Assembly: GCF_006345805.1 (NCBI RefSeq)
Contig: NC_042999.1
Span: 38,192,001 to 38,256,000 of the forward strand
Source: Octopus sinensis
Lineage: Eukaryota
Direction: 5' to 3'
DNA length: 64,000 nucleotides
Both the position numbers and the translations under genes were made by a program. The first letter of the stretch is position 1. The number at the start of each line of letters is the position of its first letter. Positions 1 through 12,817 of this stretch are shown here, one piece after another. The notes below the pieces were generated by a model that saw nothing but the letters and a program-made list of their open reading frames with translations, was not told the origin of the DNA and did not search any database.

Positions 1-277
1 AATTAATTATGTAAAATATTATAAATAATACATCGCATTTACAGATGATGAAACACATTTTTCTTTTTTTTGTTTCGACGATGAAAAAAAAAAGAGGGAA
101 GGCAAAATACACAAACATATATGAATGTGTTTATTTCTGTACCTTTGTACTTATGAATGTATCTATGTATGTATTTATGTATGAGAGGGTGTGTATGTTT
201 GTATGCATGTATGTGTACATATGCATATATAGAGAGAGACATAGATAGAGGGAGAGAGATAAAGAGAGAGACGGATA

Positions 278-482
278 CGAGGGAATTATATCTATCCTGG
301 CTTTAAGGGTGTCACGAATGGCCTGTTTGGAGGCCCAGCGTTACGAGTTCATTTACAGGGTTTAGATAAACTGAAGGACCGGTGCACTATGTGTGTGAAT
401 CTAAGAGGGAAATAAAATCATCATCAACTGGTTGTTCTGTATTTTCTTTTACCCGAAGCCAGGAACTTTGCGGCACCCCTCG
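278..482. mobile_element. Degenerate mariner-derived MITE
   Basis: Left end TA|CGAGGG...TCCTGGCTTT; right end AAGCCAGGAACTTTGCGGCACCCCTCG, its imperfect inverted repeat. The same TIR family recurs at 4969 and 14226. Confidence 0.5.
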
Positions 483-809
483 TTTTGGTATATATATATA
501 TATATATATAACTGTATACTAATATACTGATATACCATAATAATATATATTTTCCGATTTGAAGCGACTATTTTTAAATAGAAACAAATGACCGAAAAAG
601 GATGAGCTAAGACCAGCCAGAATCGAATCCACAAATTAACACTGTCATGGCTCATTGCGCATCCGATTGGCCAAACGATGACGCGCCAATTTCAGCTAAA
701 TTAAATGAATGTATACTTAAACTGTCTAATACTACATATAATATTTGTAAATTAAGCAGAAAGGCGTTGGATGTTATGATGTCGTGTAAACAACTTGCAC
801 ATGCAAGTG

Positions 810-1352
810 CTACCAGTCAAAAACTCCGTATACCGGAAGCCATCAAGTGTATGGGGTCATCAGGAGAGAATGCATGCTGTTTCGGGGCCTACCTCTCGAC
901 GGCATCAATGCATACCGGCCCCCCTCCCTGATTCGAGGCCCCGCTTGCTAGATCAGCTGGTTATCAAATAAAGCTCAATATCCTTTTAGCCATCGCTCAT
1001 CGTCTCTTTTTAACTAAATCCAGTGGCTAGCCTTCTCCACTGTATATTGGATATCGGTCATGGTGGTATTGACTTTACGATGAGTTAGGCCTAGCGATAA
1101 CAACAGTCGTTTCACACTGTGTCCAACTAACCCTCTACATCCGACTTCGATTTGAAAATGTTCCGCTTTCCAGCCTGCGTCTTCACACTCCTCGAGGAGG
1201 TTTACATAACGGTTAAATTTTCGAGCCCGAGCGATGTCCATATTATCTTCACGAGGAACCGTTAACTCGACCATATTTACAACTTTCCTTCTTTCACACC
1301 ACATCAAAATATCTCTTTTGTCGTAGTTTGGATGGGAGAGAAAACCTGGCAC
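810..1352 (-). mobile_element. HERO-like RLE non-LTR retrotransposon, 3' fragment (restriction-like endonuclease remnant + 3' UTR)
   Basis: ORF 1014-1352 has (R)DILMW...VELTVPREDNMDIARARKFNRY...GWKAEHFQIEVGCRG...EKASHWI; past a stop it continues LKRDDERW. The 3' UTR has CCCCGAAAC...CTGATGACCCC. Confidence 0.75.
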
Positions 1353-2542
1353 CAGGTAAATCTGCAGTTACCTCCTAATATCATTAATTAGTTATTATTC
1401 TAATATGAGTCTTCCATAGTAGCTCCTCGTAACTTACAAATCCTTTCTGATTTGTTTACTTCAGGCTTGTTAGGGGTAGTTTAAGACACAAGTTTCTAGA
1501 TAATGTTGCCAGTGCAGTCTAAGGTCAGTGCAAATCATGTATCTTAGCTGCAGTAACTGAATCGCTAATGTGCGATGATTTATTTTGTATTTGGACTCTA
1601 ATAAATATGTATATTCCAAGGATAGTATGGAGAGGTGGGGGATGTGCAAAAGGAAATTATTCTTGCTTCCTCGCATGGATATTGACGCAGACGACCTTTT
1701 CTGTGATAACACTGTAGGTTTAATGATTTGGAATATCCGAGTAAAGTATAGGGTACGCATTTATGATGTGTTGAAATACAGTTTAGGTCTGCCCATATTG
1801 TACTATGTTACCATTGAACATAATCCATATTGTAGTATGTGTTTTAAGCGTATTAAAAAGTTCTGATCAGTTGGAGTTGCTTTCGGTCTCAAAGACGTTT
1901 ATGTGAACGTCATTAAATTTCGTTCAGTTGTATTCCTGTGATTTATACTATTGTTTCTTATAACATCTTCGCAAATGCTCGGTTCTGTTAAGTGGAACAT
2001 GGAAGTTTTTCTGCCGATATTTCTGTAAAAGCTACCTGTATAGAATACGATCTCATGTAGGTCTTGAGAGGCAATACCGTCTAGGCGAGAATATCTGACT
2101 TTAATGACGTGGGTATTGGTAGATTCATTGAAAATTTCTGTTGTTGGGAAATAATGATTTACTGGAATATGGTTTGGCCAGATTTAGCGGTGAATTGAAG
2201 AACAAAAAATATATCTTGTTGTTATTGCTCTATGCATTTCTTGCTGAAACCATTTCTTCTCGTGTCCTTGTAACAGATGTTATAGTAAACATATCTCTCT
2301 GCGGAGAAAGGTATCTCAATTATATTGGGCAGAATGATAATAGTGCTACACTAGATGTCTTGCGGTATCTTTTCCGGAATTTTTCTTGCTAAACAAAAAT
2401 TCCATCTAGAAATAAAATCCTACGGATGTGTAAATGTCGTCTCACGCGCACAAAAGGTTAGGTGTCTTTGAGTGTTACGACAAACTACGATATCGTATTT
2501 TAAAGTCATACATTTCGTCTATTGTCTCAAAACTAGTGCGTC

Positions 2543-2589
<47 letters not shown>

Positions 2590-2610
2590 CAAGGGAAAGT
2601 TTACGAAAAT

Positions 2611-2800
2611 AAACAAAAGACGAAGGCAGGTGGAGTACAAACAAACAAATGTATTAGTATAGCGCTCAGGAATAGAATCAGGAATAGAAACAGTCTTTAA
2701 CGTTTCGAGCCTACACTCTTCGACAGAAAGATACACAGAAAAAAAACAAGGAGAGAAACAGGGAGAGAAAAAATGCGTGTAGGAGCTAACGATCTATCAT
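2611..2800 (-). mobile_element. PLE-derived terminal-repeat fragment
   Basis: Same family as 11765-11850, 33250-33395 and 34940-35090; carries an HHR-like motif. Confidence 0.5.
2694..2731 (-). ncRNA. Minimal hammerhead-like motif, core variant CUGUCGA
   Basis: Minus strand TCTTT-CTGTCGA-A-GAG(TGTAGG)CTC-GAAA-C-GT-T-AAAGA: 5-bp stem I, 3-bp stem II, palindromic ACGT stem III. A6 is replaced by U. Confidence 0.45.
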
Positions 2801-3392
2801 GGGGGAAACTAACAATTGTTTGTATAGAACCTGAGTCTTTCTACACACAACTATATTCTTCTCGCAAACAGTACCAAGGTTTTAAAATCGTTACAAACAT
2901 CATACAAGAGGAGGAGACATTTACCTAGGCATACCATTTGAAAATATAATTGGAGCAGCATCTGTATGTAAAACATATTGTGTGTTAAACACACAATATT
3001 AATTTCCGAAAATATATTCCATAATCAATATATTTCGTAATAAAATTTATGAAGATACATGCATTCTTTGACACAAACGCACTTGAGTGCACGGAAATGC
3101 GGAGAGGTGTTCGGAAATTGAAAATAATTATTTCATGAATTCTAGCTTCATTGGAAATATACCTACGTTTTCCACGAGTACTTGAATGTTTTAATGCAGA
3201 TAAAGCGGTTGCAATATGCGACCATGTGCGCGTAGTAAATTGGGATATTTGAATAATTAGGTATCTATGTGTGCGTGGGCTTATATGTCTGTGTAAGTGT
3301 ATTTATATAAGTGATGTGTATGTATATGTTATGATATGCGTATAGACATATACGCACCATATATACACGCTCTTCTATACATGCAGACACAC

Positions 3393-3456
<64 letters not shown>

Positions 3457-3538
3457 CACGTATGTAAGTACGTACGTCTATGAATGCATAACCATATTAT
3501 ATATATTGATACATGTGTTCATATATATATATATACTT

Positions 3539-3615
3539 CTAAGTATGTATCTTATTATTATTCTTTATTATTATTATTATTATTATTATATTATTATTAT
3601 TATATATTATTATTA

Positions 3616-3695
<80 letters not shown>

Positions 3696-3725
3696 TTTAT
3701 TATCATCATTATTATTATTGTTATT
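3539..3725. repeat. (TTA)n microsatellite
   Basis: Direct reading. Confidence 0.95.
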
Positions 3726-4085
3726 ATCAGATCTTGCTGTATGAATTCACACACAGTTCTTTCGAGATACGGGAATGCATAATTGCATAGGGAAATACTT
3801 GTAAATTACAACGATGTGAGAGAATATAATATTTCAAGTATTCATCAAACAAATTTCTTCAAAGTTCCGGAGACACTCGAGGCATGGCAGTCTTTTTCAA
3901 AGGCAATTCTCTAGTCATTATGGCACCACAATCACGTGATATGGTGGCAGGAATATTTAGCATTTAATTAATTGCCAGGTTTTACTATAAAATAAGTATT
4001 TGATAGATAACCTTACACAAAAATAATTAGGTTTTCATGAATTAATACAAATAGAGGCATGACAAATATATCAGAAAATCTTATT

Positions 4086-4120
<35 letters not shown>

Positions 4121-4834
4121 TATAAGTATGTATATTACACACATTCACCCTTAATAATTTATATATATATATATATATATTACACACGTTCACTCTTCGT
4201 ATGTGAACATATATAAGTATAGTGGCAATGAAGGCTACGAGTGTGCGAAAAATTTACAGCTATAATTACGAATACAATACATATAAGCTGGATGTATGAA
4301 TTGTAATAATCATAAGGCAACCTTAATTATCCGATACTGAAGCTTCTAAAGAGATATAATAAAGGAATACTAAGTTCGTGGCCATATACCTCTCTCATTA
4401 TACACATACACGCACATAGAAACACATAGACATACGCACAAATGCTCACACACGCACTTACACCCACGAATATATTTGGCATATGAGATTGATATTTCAT
4501 AAGTACTTTGTGTAATTTCGTTGTACTTTACATGTCCGGAGTTAGTTTAATCGAAGTAATACGCTTTTATAATTTTGTCAGCTTGTGATTATCAAGAAGC
4601 ACCAGAGTTATTCCGTCAAGTACATTCATGTGATGATAAATCTCATACATGTTTAAACACGTATGGATATCATCGTGCATATCTCATTTTGTATACAGCG
4701 ATATACCAAGTTAAATAGTGGTGTGTTAAATCCTTGTTCTTGCCCTTTGTTCACTGACTTGTAATACGATATGATGGGGTATTGGAAAGATACCGGTTTT
4801 AAGGCTATCACAAAAGGCATTGCGGGACGCCCAA

Positions 4835-4968
4835 CCTTCCGAGTTCTTGCTTAGAAAAACTGAAGCACCGCTGCGATAAGTGTGTGAGGCTGTGAGAGAT
4901 ATGTTGAATAAAATCATAATCCTCCGGAAATTTTTTTACCCAAAGCCAAGACATTTTAGTAACCTCTC

Positions 4969-4969
<1 letters not shown>
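4835..4969 (+). mobile_element. Mariner 3' end remnant with TIR
   Basis: LEKLKHRCDKCV...YVE* followed by the TIR ...CCAAAGCCAAGACATTTTAGTAACCTCTCG|TA. Confidence 0.6.
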
Positions 4970-5026
<57 letters not shown>

Positions 5027-5028
5027 TA

Positions 5029-5081
<53 letters not shown>

Positions 5082-5094
5082 ATATAACAAGTTT

Positions 5095-6498
5095 TATTGG
5101 CACCAATATTTCTGTATTGAATTAGCATTTCTCAAAATGAAATGTAGAAAATAATATCAATCATGTGGTGTCTGCTTTCATTGATGCATTTATGAAGGCG
5201 TTCTTGGGAAGTTGGCCTCTCCTCTTTCCAGCATTGCTCTGTCGATTTGGGCGATTCCCTCGCGAATTGCATACACACGTACCTTGAGGTTTCGCCACAA
5301 GAAATAATCACACCTGAAGGAACGTCACCAATTCTGGAATTGAGGCAGTTACCGAAGAGAGGGCGAAGAACTTCTATTGAAGCTCTGGCTGTGTGGGCCG
5401 TCGCCCCATCCTACTGAAACCTCACACGCATACATTTTCGTCGTAATTCAGGCACAAAGAAGTTCTTAATCATCTCGATGTAACGCTCGAAGTTCACAGT
5501 AACAGCATTTCCATTATTGTCTTAAAATATAAGGATCACTGACGGCAGCTTTTCCAACAGAAAATCAAACCGTCACTTTTAGGCTGTGCAGTTGTCCGTC
5601 GTGCAGTTCTCTCAGATTTTCAAGAGTCCAATGCGGCAATTCGGGTGATTCACCATACCATTGACATGAAAGATGCATACGTATGCAATAACTTTGTAAT
5701 ATTGACAGGTGTTCTTATCATAAGGCTGTTTCAGGTCCCAGAATACAATTGAACTATCTTATGCAGATCTCTGAGACGCTCCAGAAATATAGATTAAATT
5801 AGTGTACTTGTAGTGGCAGTGTGCAATTTTGACAGACTGAAAGGGATGAGTTTGATATGGAATATGGATTTATAAAAGATCAAGCATGACGACTGCATCA
5901 CATATTAACAAAATGACGTTGTCATTTACTTCAAAAATTGCTTCCATCTGACGTGCGAAGTTAAACCGCTGTGCATAGTCCAATTGTTTCAACTGTTGCC
6001 CAAATGACTAATTTGTACGTGGAGGAAAGAACGTCTTTTAGTAAAAATACGCATTACCGATAGATTACCTATGCCAAGTTCAGAGGAATGACTCTGAGTA
6101 GAGCGATTCAGAATCTGTATCAAAGCTTGTCTAACGTGATCCACATTTCCGGGGTCCTTACCATCTGTGGCGCCCCACTGGTCTCCTATTCATTAGTGTG
6201 CCTTGCGTACGAAGTGCTTTTACCCAACAGAAGATTGCGTTGCGGGTGGGACAGCCTAATATCGGTGAAGTGGCACCGTAACTCCTGCTGAACATGTGTG
6301 ACAGACTCGTTATTCTTCAGGTAACTGTTGTAGGCAAACACGCAATGCTTTTTCATCCTCCGTGCCAGGGCTTCACTTGAAAAGAAGAAAAATGCTAACA
6401 CACCACGGACCGAACGATACGTGTCGGACATATGCTATACCCTTTCGGGCTGAGTAGTAGTCATTTCAAAACCGTCCGTTACTCTCTACCCCACCCTG
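5095..6498 (-). mobile_element. Degenerate Tc1/mariner-superfamily transposon (DUF4817/DD37D-like transposase pseudogene)
   Basis: 5' TIR CAGGGTGGGG at 6498. Fragments YLKNNESVTHVQQELRCHF, HSLKVTV, GNAVTVNFERYIEMIKNFFVPEL, Q*DGATAHTARASIEVLRPLFG, CDYFLW; many stops and frameshifts. Confidence 0.8.
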
Positions 6499-7496
6499 TG
6501 TATATATATATATATATATAGTATAATGAAATTATTGTGTATAGTGCTTAGGTGCACTACAACTGAGTGAAGCTTCATATGTATTTATATAAATATTGAT
6601 TAGAGAACAAACATCAAATTCTGGTCAATGACTTTATATAATAACACGCTTCCAAAATTTGATCATATATAAATATTACCATAGTCTTCAACATATAAAA
6701 GGAATAAAAATATAAAATCCCGGAAGGTAAAAATACATATACATGCGCATAAAAATACAAAATATATCGAACGGCCTATCAAAAACAGGTATATACAATC
6801 GATTTAAAATAAGTAATCAAATGGAATTACTTAAACGTATCAAGCGACTAAAAAACTTATATAACTATATTAACCGGTTAAAATTTTTTTTACTCCCCTC
6901 AATTAAAAATATGTCAAAATAGTTCGTTTCGTAAAAATCATGGTAGTTTGAACTCCAAGGAGCGTAAGAGAATTCCACAAAATCAAGTGAAAATGGTTTT
7001 TTCGGGAGTTCACTGCCGCGGTCCGATTACGAGTTAAGTGCATCTCGGCAATGACCAAATCATTAGGATGAACTGAAGGCAGTAAAATCTTTTTTTTAGT
7101 CGATTAATATATTTTTAAAGCTTTTAGTCGCTTGACATGATATAGTAATTCATTTTGATTACTTATTTTTAGTCGACTGTATGTAATGTTCTATATATTT
7201 TGTATTTTTATGTGCATATATATAATTTTACCTTCTGTGCTTTTATATATGTATTCCTTTTATATATTGAAGGGCATGGTAATGTTTATATATGACGAAA
7301 TGTATGGAAAAGTAGTGTTACACAAAGTCGTTGACTCGAATCAATGTTTATAATGTTTTTATGTCTCTGTCTCAATTTCATTTAAGCACTTCTGATTTGC
7401 AGTCCTATAAAACCTTTTGTCTCCCTAAAGAAAGAGGCAAAATTATTTCTTGTCGTATGTATGTATCAGTTTGTCTGTCTGTCTGTCTGTGTGTGC

Positions 7497-7605
<109 letters not shown>

Positions 7606-10316
7606 GGCGCAACAGGGCAACAAAGCCACCATTCGGTCCCTGGTAGATGAACAGGGGCGCGAATTGCTCGAGCCAAGTAAAATGTGTGAGGCCTTTCAGC
7701 AGCATTTTGCCCGACTGTTCGGAACGAGTGGAGGGCAAGAGCGTAGGGTGGACTTCAGTGCCTACCTACATAGCCTACCACGGCTCTCGACAAGAAAGGC
7801 AGGGTGCTGCGAAGGTGCCATCACGGCGGCGGAAGTGCAGGAAGCGATGGCAGAATGCTCGAGGGACAAATCACCGGGTTTGGATGGTCTACCCTACGAG
7901 CTTTACAATTGTATGTCAGACTTGTTTGGAGATCTCTTGGCGGCGGTGTACTGCAACTGGCAGCAAAACGGGAGCATTCCTGGTTTTGTGAGCCGAGGAG
8001 CCGTAACACTGCTGAAGAAAGATCTAAAGAAGGGAAATGTAATAGATAACTTTAGGCCCATCACTCTGCTTAATGCAGACTTGGAAATTTTGGCCAAGGT
8101 GCTAGCCAAGAGGTTGGCGCTTGTCATCGAGAAACTGGTCGACAAGGCGCAAACGTGCGCCGTGCCAGGCCGGACCATCCATGACAACCTCCATCTGATG
8201 CGCTACATCATAGACAGGGTAGTTAACGAACCTGGCATGGGTGGGGCCCTGATCAGCTTGGATCAATCGAAAGCCTTTGATAGGGTAGACCATCGATACT
8301 TGGAGGCAGTCCTGAGAGCGGCTGGTTTCGGTCCCGTCTTCCGCGGCTGGATAGCTGCCTTGTACAGAGGCATCCGTTCGGTAATTTGCGTAAATGGACA
8401 TCTATCGAGACCTTTCGACATTGCACGTTCGGTCCGTCAGGGATGCCCCCTCTCGGCGCTTCTATACATATTGACTCTTGAGCCACTACTGCAGAAGCTG
8501 GCGACTCTAAGGGGCATCCCGCGAGAATTGGGATGCGGGACGAGCGTGTCTGCATACGCGGACGACGTCACCGTCATAGTGTCTAGCCACGAGCACATCG
8601 AGCTGGTCGGCGAGACACTGAAAAACTACGAAGCGGTGACAGGAGCGAAAATCAACCGGGAAAAGTCAGTGGGCTTGCGACTAGGCACCTGGAGAAGCAA
8701 GCCCATGCCGTCCACCAGCGCCTCCGTCGTGGGACGCTGGACCGACGGCCCGGTTGAGTTGCTCGGGGTCTGGTTTGGTCCGGACCTCCAGGTGGAGAAG
8801 AACTGGAACGAGATAACGAGTAGGGTGGTCACTCTCGCCCGGCAATGGGCCGAGAGGAAACTGTCCCTAAAAGGTCGAGCGGAGGTGGCGAACACGTACA
8901 TCGCGTCCGTCATCTACTACCGCCTGACCGTCGTACCTTGTCCCGACCCTACCATCACCAAACTACAACGCATTCTCTTTCGCTTCTTGTGGAAAGGATG
9001 CGTCCCGATGGTCAGGCGATCCATTTGCTGTCAACACCCGTTAAAAGGAGGGCTGGGCATGCCGTGGTTGATGATGCGCAGATACGTGCTGAGACTGCGA
9101 CATCTCTGGCTCTATGTAGACGACGGTGAACAGGTGTGGTCGCCGTTTGTGAGGCACGCTTTCCCGCAGCTCGTCTCCATGACCGAACTGCAGTCGTGGA
9201 TCAAAAAGAGGCCGAGGAAGGGCGAATGGCACCGCGAGTGTCGCGTTGCTCTCAAGCAACTCTGCCGTCCTGGGTCGACCTTAAGTGACTTCAACACAAC
9301 CAAAGCATTGTATAGGGGTTTAGTGGGGGGGGGTACGACGACGAGCTCGGGGCGAACCTGGGCGTCGACGAGGAATACCTGACCCGCCTGTTTCAAACGA
9401 CTTTCGGCCCGGGACCTATGGACAACTTCCAGAGATCCCTGGCCTGGCGGTGCTACCGAGAAGCGCTACCCGTTCGGGATAAGCTCTACAGACACGGCTC
9501 GAGAAACACGGGGCCGACCTGCCCGAGATGCGGTCAGAGCGACGAAACCGTTCTGCACGCACTCGTTCAGTGTCCAACAATTTCCGACCTGTGGGCTTAT
9601 GTCGAACAACTGCTGTCACGTGTGGGACAAGTCGGTTTATCAGCTGAGTCTATCGTCAATATTGTCACGCCTCCTTCCTTCAAACGGGAAGGAAGAGCTA
9701 TTTTCATCATCCTTGTGGCTATGGCGAAAGAATATATCTGGTGGACGCGTCTGAAAGGATTGGAGACAAACACTTTCCTCTCTGGTCAATCTCTCATCAA
9801 CTTCTTCAAGTACCACTTGAAAAGGAAAGTGAGAGTAGAGAGGCAAGTTTTGTCTAGCGAATGTTTTAAAAAAGATGGGTGAATGTAGCAAGAATGGCAC
9901 GTATGAATGACGAAGCCACCTTGAGCATAATCCTATGAACCCAGAAATTGAAAACAGAGATTTGCTTATTTGCAAAAAAAAAAAAAAAAAAAAAAGAAAT
10001 ATAAAATGTGACTTCATTGACCGAGGTTACCGTGGTCTTTTCCGTAGGCTTTTCTTTCCACGGGTAAACCTCACCTGTCCTCCCCTTTACACTTCATATT
10101 GACATTTCTGTGTTAACGATCCCTATTGATCAATTTTTTTCCCTCTCCCCCCTTTTTTTAACCCCCCCTTTTTTGTCCTCTTTCTCTCCTTTTACGATCC
10201 CTTTTGATTGAAACTTCCCCCTTTCCTTTTTTATTTTTTTTTAAACCTTCAAAAGAAAAGCTCTACCTTGTAATTTGTTCTATCTGTGTGCAGCCCTGTG
10301 TGGCTAATAAAGAAAC
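7606..10316 (+). mobile_element. 5'-truncated L1/Tx1-clade LINE (RT, C-terminal CCHC-type zinc motif, pyrimidine-rich 3' UTR)
   Basis: RT motifs KSPGLDGLPYE, FRPITLLN, LDQSKAFDRV, VRQGCPLS, AYADD; C-terminal CPRCGQSDETVLHALVQC. Ends AATAAAGAAAC directly into (ATCT)n. Confidence 0.92.
7664..9938 (+). pseudogene. LINE ORF2 (RT) broken by two 1-bp homopolymer deletions (~9330 G-run, ~9870 A-run)
   Basis: ORF pieces 7664-9382 and 9418-9882. Sister copies at 28351 and 27357 supply the continuous frame (VEGRYDNELGANL; FKKRWVNVAR...LSIIL*, TGA at 9936-9938). Confidence 0.85.
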
Positions 10317-10317
10317 A

Positions 10318-10390
<73 letters not shown>

Positions 10391-10411
10391 ATCTATCTAT
10401 CTATCTATCTG

Positions 10412-10500
<89 letters not shown>
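10318..10500. repeat. (ATCT)n microsatellite, 3' flank of the LINE
   Basis: Direct reading. Confidence 0.95.
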
Positions 10501-10956
10501 GTCATTCCTGCTTTCTGTTTCTCTCCCATTGCATGTGTTCATACATATTTAAAAAAATTTTGCCGAAAATATCAACAAAAGAAAGAGAAATTGATATCAA
10601 AGCTTAGTTATCTGTTTCAAATTCGACTAGAGATAGTGAATATATAAATATCTCTGGCGGTTTAGGTTTAAATTCTTCTTCAAAAATTTCGATAGTTAGA
10701 AGTGGGAAAGAACGTTGATATTTCATAGGAAAGTAAAATCATGCAAGAATTCAACAACATCAAAATGTGACGTTGGATTTCTTACCTATACACCAAACAT
10801 AAAATTCTGTATCCCGATTAGAATGCAGCTGCTTATTTACATAACGACCTCAAAGAAGTGAAAACGTAAGGGAACACATATACTGTATCAGGACACCAGG
10901 ACAATTCCCCTCGCGATATCTTCCTTTCATGTATGTATATATATATATATATATAT

Positions 10957-11120
10957 ATAGAATAGTTGTATACTGTCAATCTAACAAGAACGTGACAGTA
11001 GGGGGTACACCACCGCTGTATAGCCCTGATGGAGGCGTTCGATGCTCCTAGGGCTATACAGCGGTGGTGTACCCCCTACTGTCACGTTCTTGTTAGATTG
11101 ACAGTATACAACCATTCTAT
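10957..11120. repeat. Near-perfect inverted repeat: 71-bp arms, 22-nt loop
   Basis: Arms 10957-11027 and 11050-11120 are reverse complements with one mismatch. Confidence 0.9.
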
Positions 11121-11286
11121 CGCCCCACCACCGTACATGTCTCTACGAGAGATTTAGAAATTCAATATTTCTTATATATATATATATATAATATAATATA
11201 TATATATATATACATATATACCTGTATATATATACATATATATATATATATTATATATATATATATGTATATATACATATATACCT

Positions 11287-11347
<61 letters not shown>

Positions 11348-11454
11348 CGTATGTATGTATATATATATATACATATATAGTTGAAATTCTCAGATAAACA
11401 AAAGACGACGACAAGCAGGTATATTAGTTTGACGCTCGGGAAAGTGATATATAC

Positions 11455-11518
<64 letters not shown>

Positions 11519-11548
11519 TATATATATATATCTATATATATGTATATA

Positions 11549-11712
11549 GGCGCAGGAGTGGCTGTGTGGTAAGTAGCTTGCTAACCAACCACATGGTTCC
11601 GGGTTCAGTCCCTCTGCGTGGCATCTTGGGCAAGTGTCTTCTGCTATAGCCCCGGGCCTACCAATGTCTTGTGAGTGGATTTGGTAGATGGAAACTGAAA
11701 GAAGCCTGTCGT

Positions 11713-11718
<6 letters not shown>
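11549..11718 (+). mobile_element. tRNA-derived SINE, family A
   Basis: Box A/B-like head TGGCTGTGTGG...GGTTCAGTCCC, central CTTGGGCAAGTGTCTT, runs into (TA)n. Related copies at 36692, 37384 and 47665. Confidence 0.8.
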
Positions 11719-11764
<46 letters not shown>

Positions 11765-11768
<4 letters not shown>

Positions 11769-12300
11769 ACATACGAAGACAGGTGTATGAACTACAAGCA
11801 GGTGTAATAGTTTTACGTTTCGAGCCTACACTCTTCAGCAGAAAGGATTAAGAAAAACACGTGGGGATTTAGCGATGCAGCCTAACGAATGGTTGGGGAA
11901 AAAAAGGTTTGAGAGGAGAGGTAGAAAGAAGGGGAAATAATCAATTATTGGTGATACCAAAACAAAGGTGCACGAGCCTATGTGTATGTGAGAATGTGTA
12001 ACTGTGTGTGTGTGTCGATAGGGGCTAGTAATAGGAGCTAGTGGTTAGGAGTAAAGGAAGGAAGTAGGTATTAAATGAGAGGAGAGGAGGGGAGTCAGAT
12101 GGGGAGAGGACAGGAGTTAAATGAAGAGAGTAGGGGATTTGAGAATGTGTGCGGCTAAGGAGCGAAGAGAGAAGATTAATCCACGTTCGCGGCGAAGGTG
12201 GGAGTCCGGGTGGCCCTTGTGCAAAGACTATCCGAACACATACAGGTGTTGTAGTGAATGACCGGTAGAGTGGAAATGGCGCGAGACCAGGGTATAATTG
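11765..12300 (-). mobile_element. PLE 3' fragment: GIY-YIG C-terminus, 3' UTR and HHR-like motif
   Basis: Minus translation of ~12296-12135: VSRHFHSTGHSLQHLYVFG*...RRERGLIFSLRSL. HHR-like motif lies downstream in the sense orientation. Confidence 0.7.
11811..11844 (-). ncRNA. Minimal hammerhead-like motif, core variant CUGCUGA
   Basis: TTT-CTGCTGA-A-GAG(TGTAGG)CTC-GAAA-C-GT-A-AAA; GUA triplet, short 3-bp stem I. Confidence 0.4.
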
Positions 12301-12599
12301 CCGAGTCTGTGTTTATATATTATATACATATATACACACATATGTACACACAAATCACAAATACATACATATATAATACAAATCCGAAGATATTTGAAAA
12401 TTATGTATTACCCGAGTGACGGTGATTGTTTTCAAAATTCGTTCTGGAACAATCCAGAGAGATGTTATTTTAAACAGCAATGTAAACCCACAGCTCCTCG
12501 ATCTGTATGTAGTTTGATAAGTACCAACGCACGAAACTCTCGACTCTTCAACCACTCCGTTTTTTTCTGCGAAATATCTATGTATCTATATATCTAAGT

Positions 12600-12610
12600 A
12601 TCTATCTATG

Positions 12611-12700
<90 letters not shown>

Positions 12701-12717
12701 CCTACCTACCTATCTAC

Positions 12718-12798
<81 letters not shown>

Positions 12799-12817
12799 AT
12801 CTATCTATCTATCTATA
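12600..12817. repeat. (TATC)n/(TACC)n microsatellite
   Basis: Direct reading. Confidence 0.95.

Noticed and set aside
845-885. GAAAC...CTGATGA on the minus strand in the HERO-like 3' UTR, as a type II hammerhead
   Set aside because: Both would-be stem II strands are CCCC (not complementary) and there is no stem III with an NUH site.
1450-2400. Highly decayed PLE ORF on the minus strand
   Set aside because: Only faint motif echoes across frames; needs tBLASTx.
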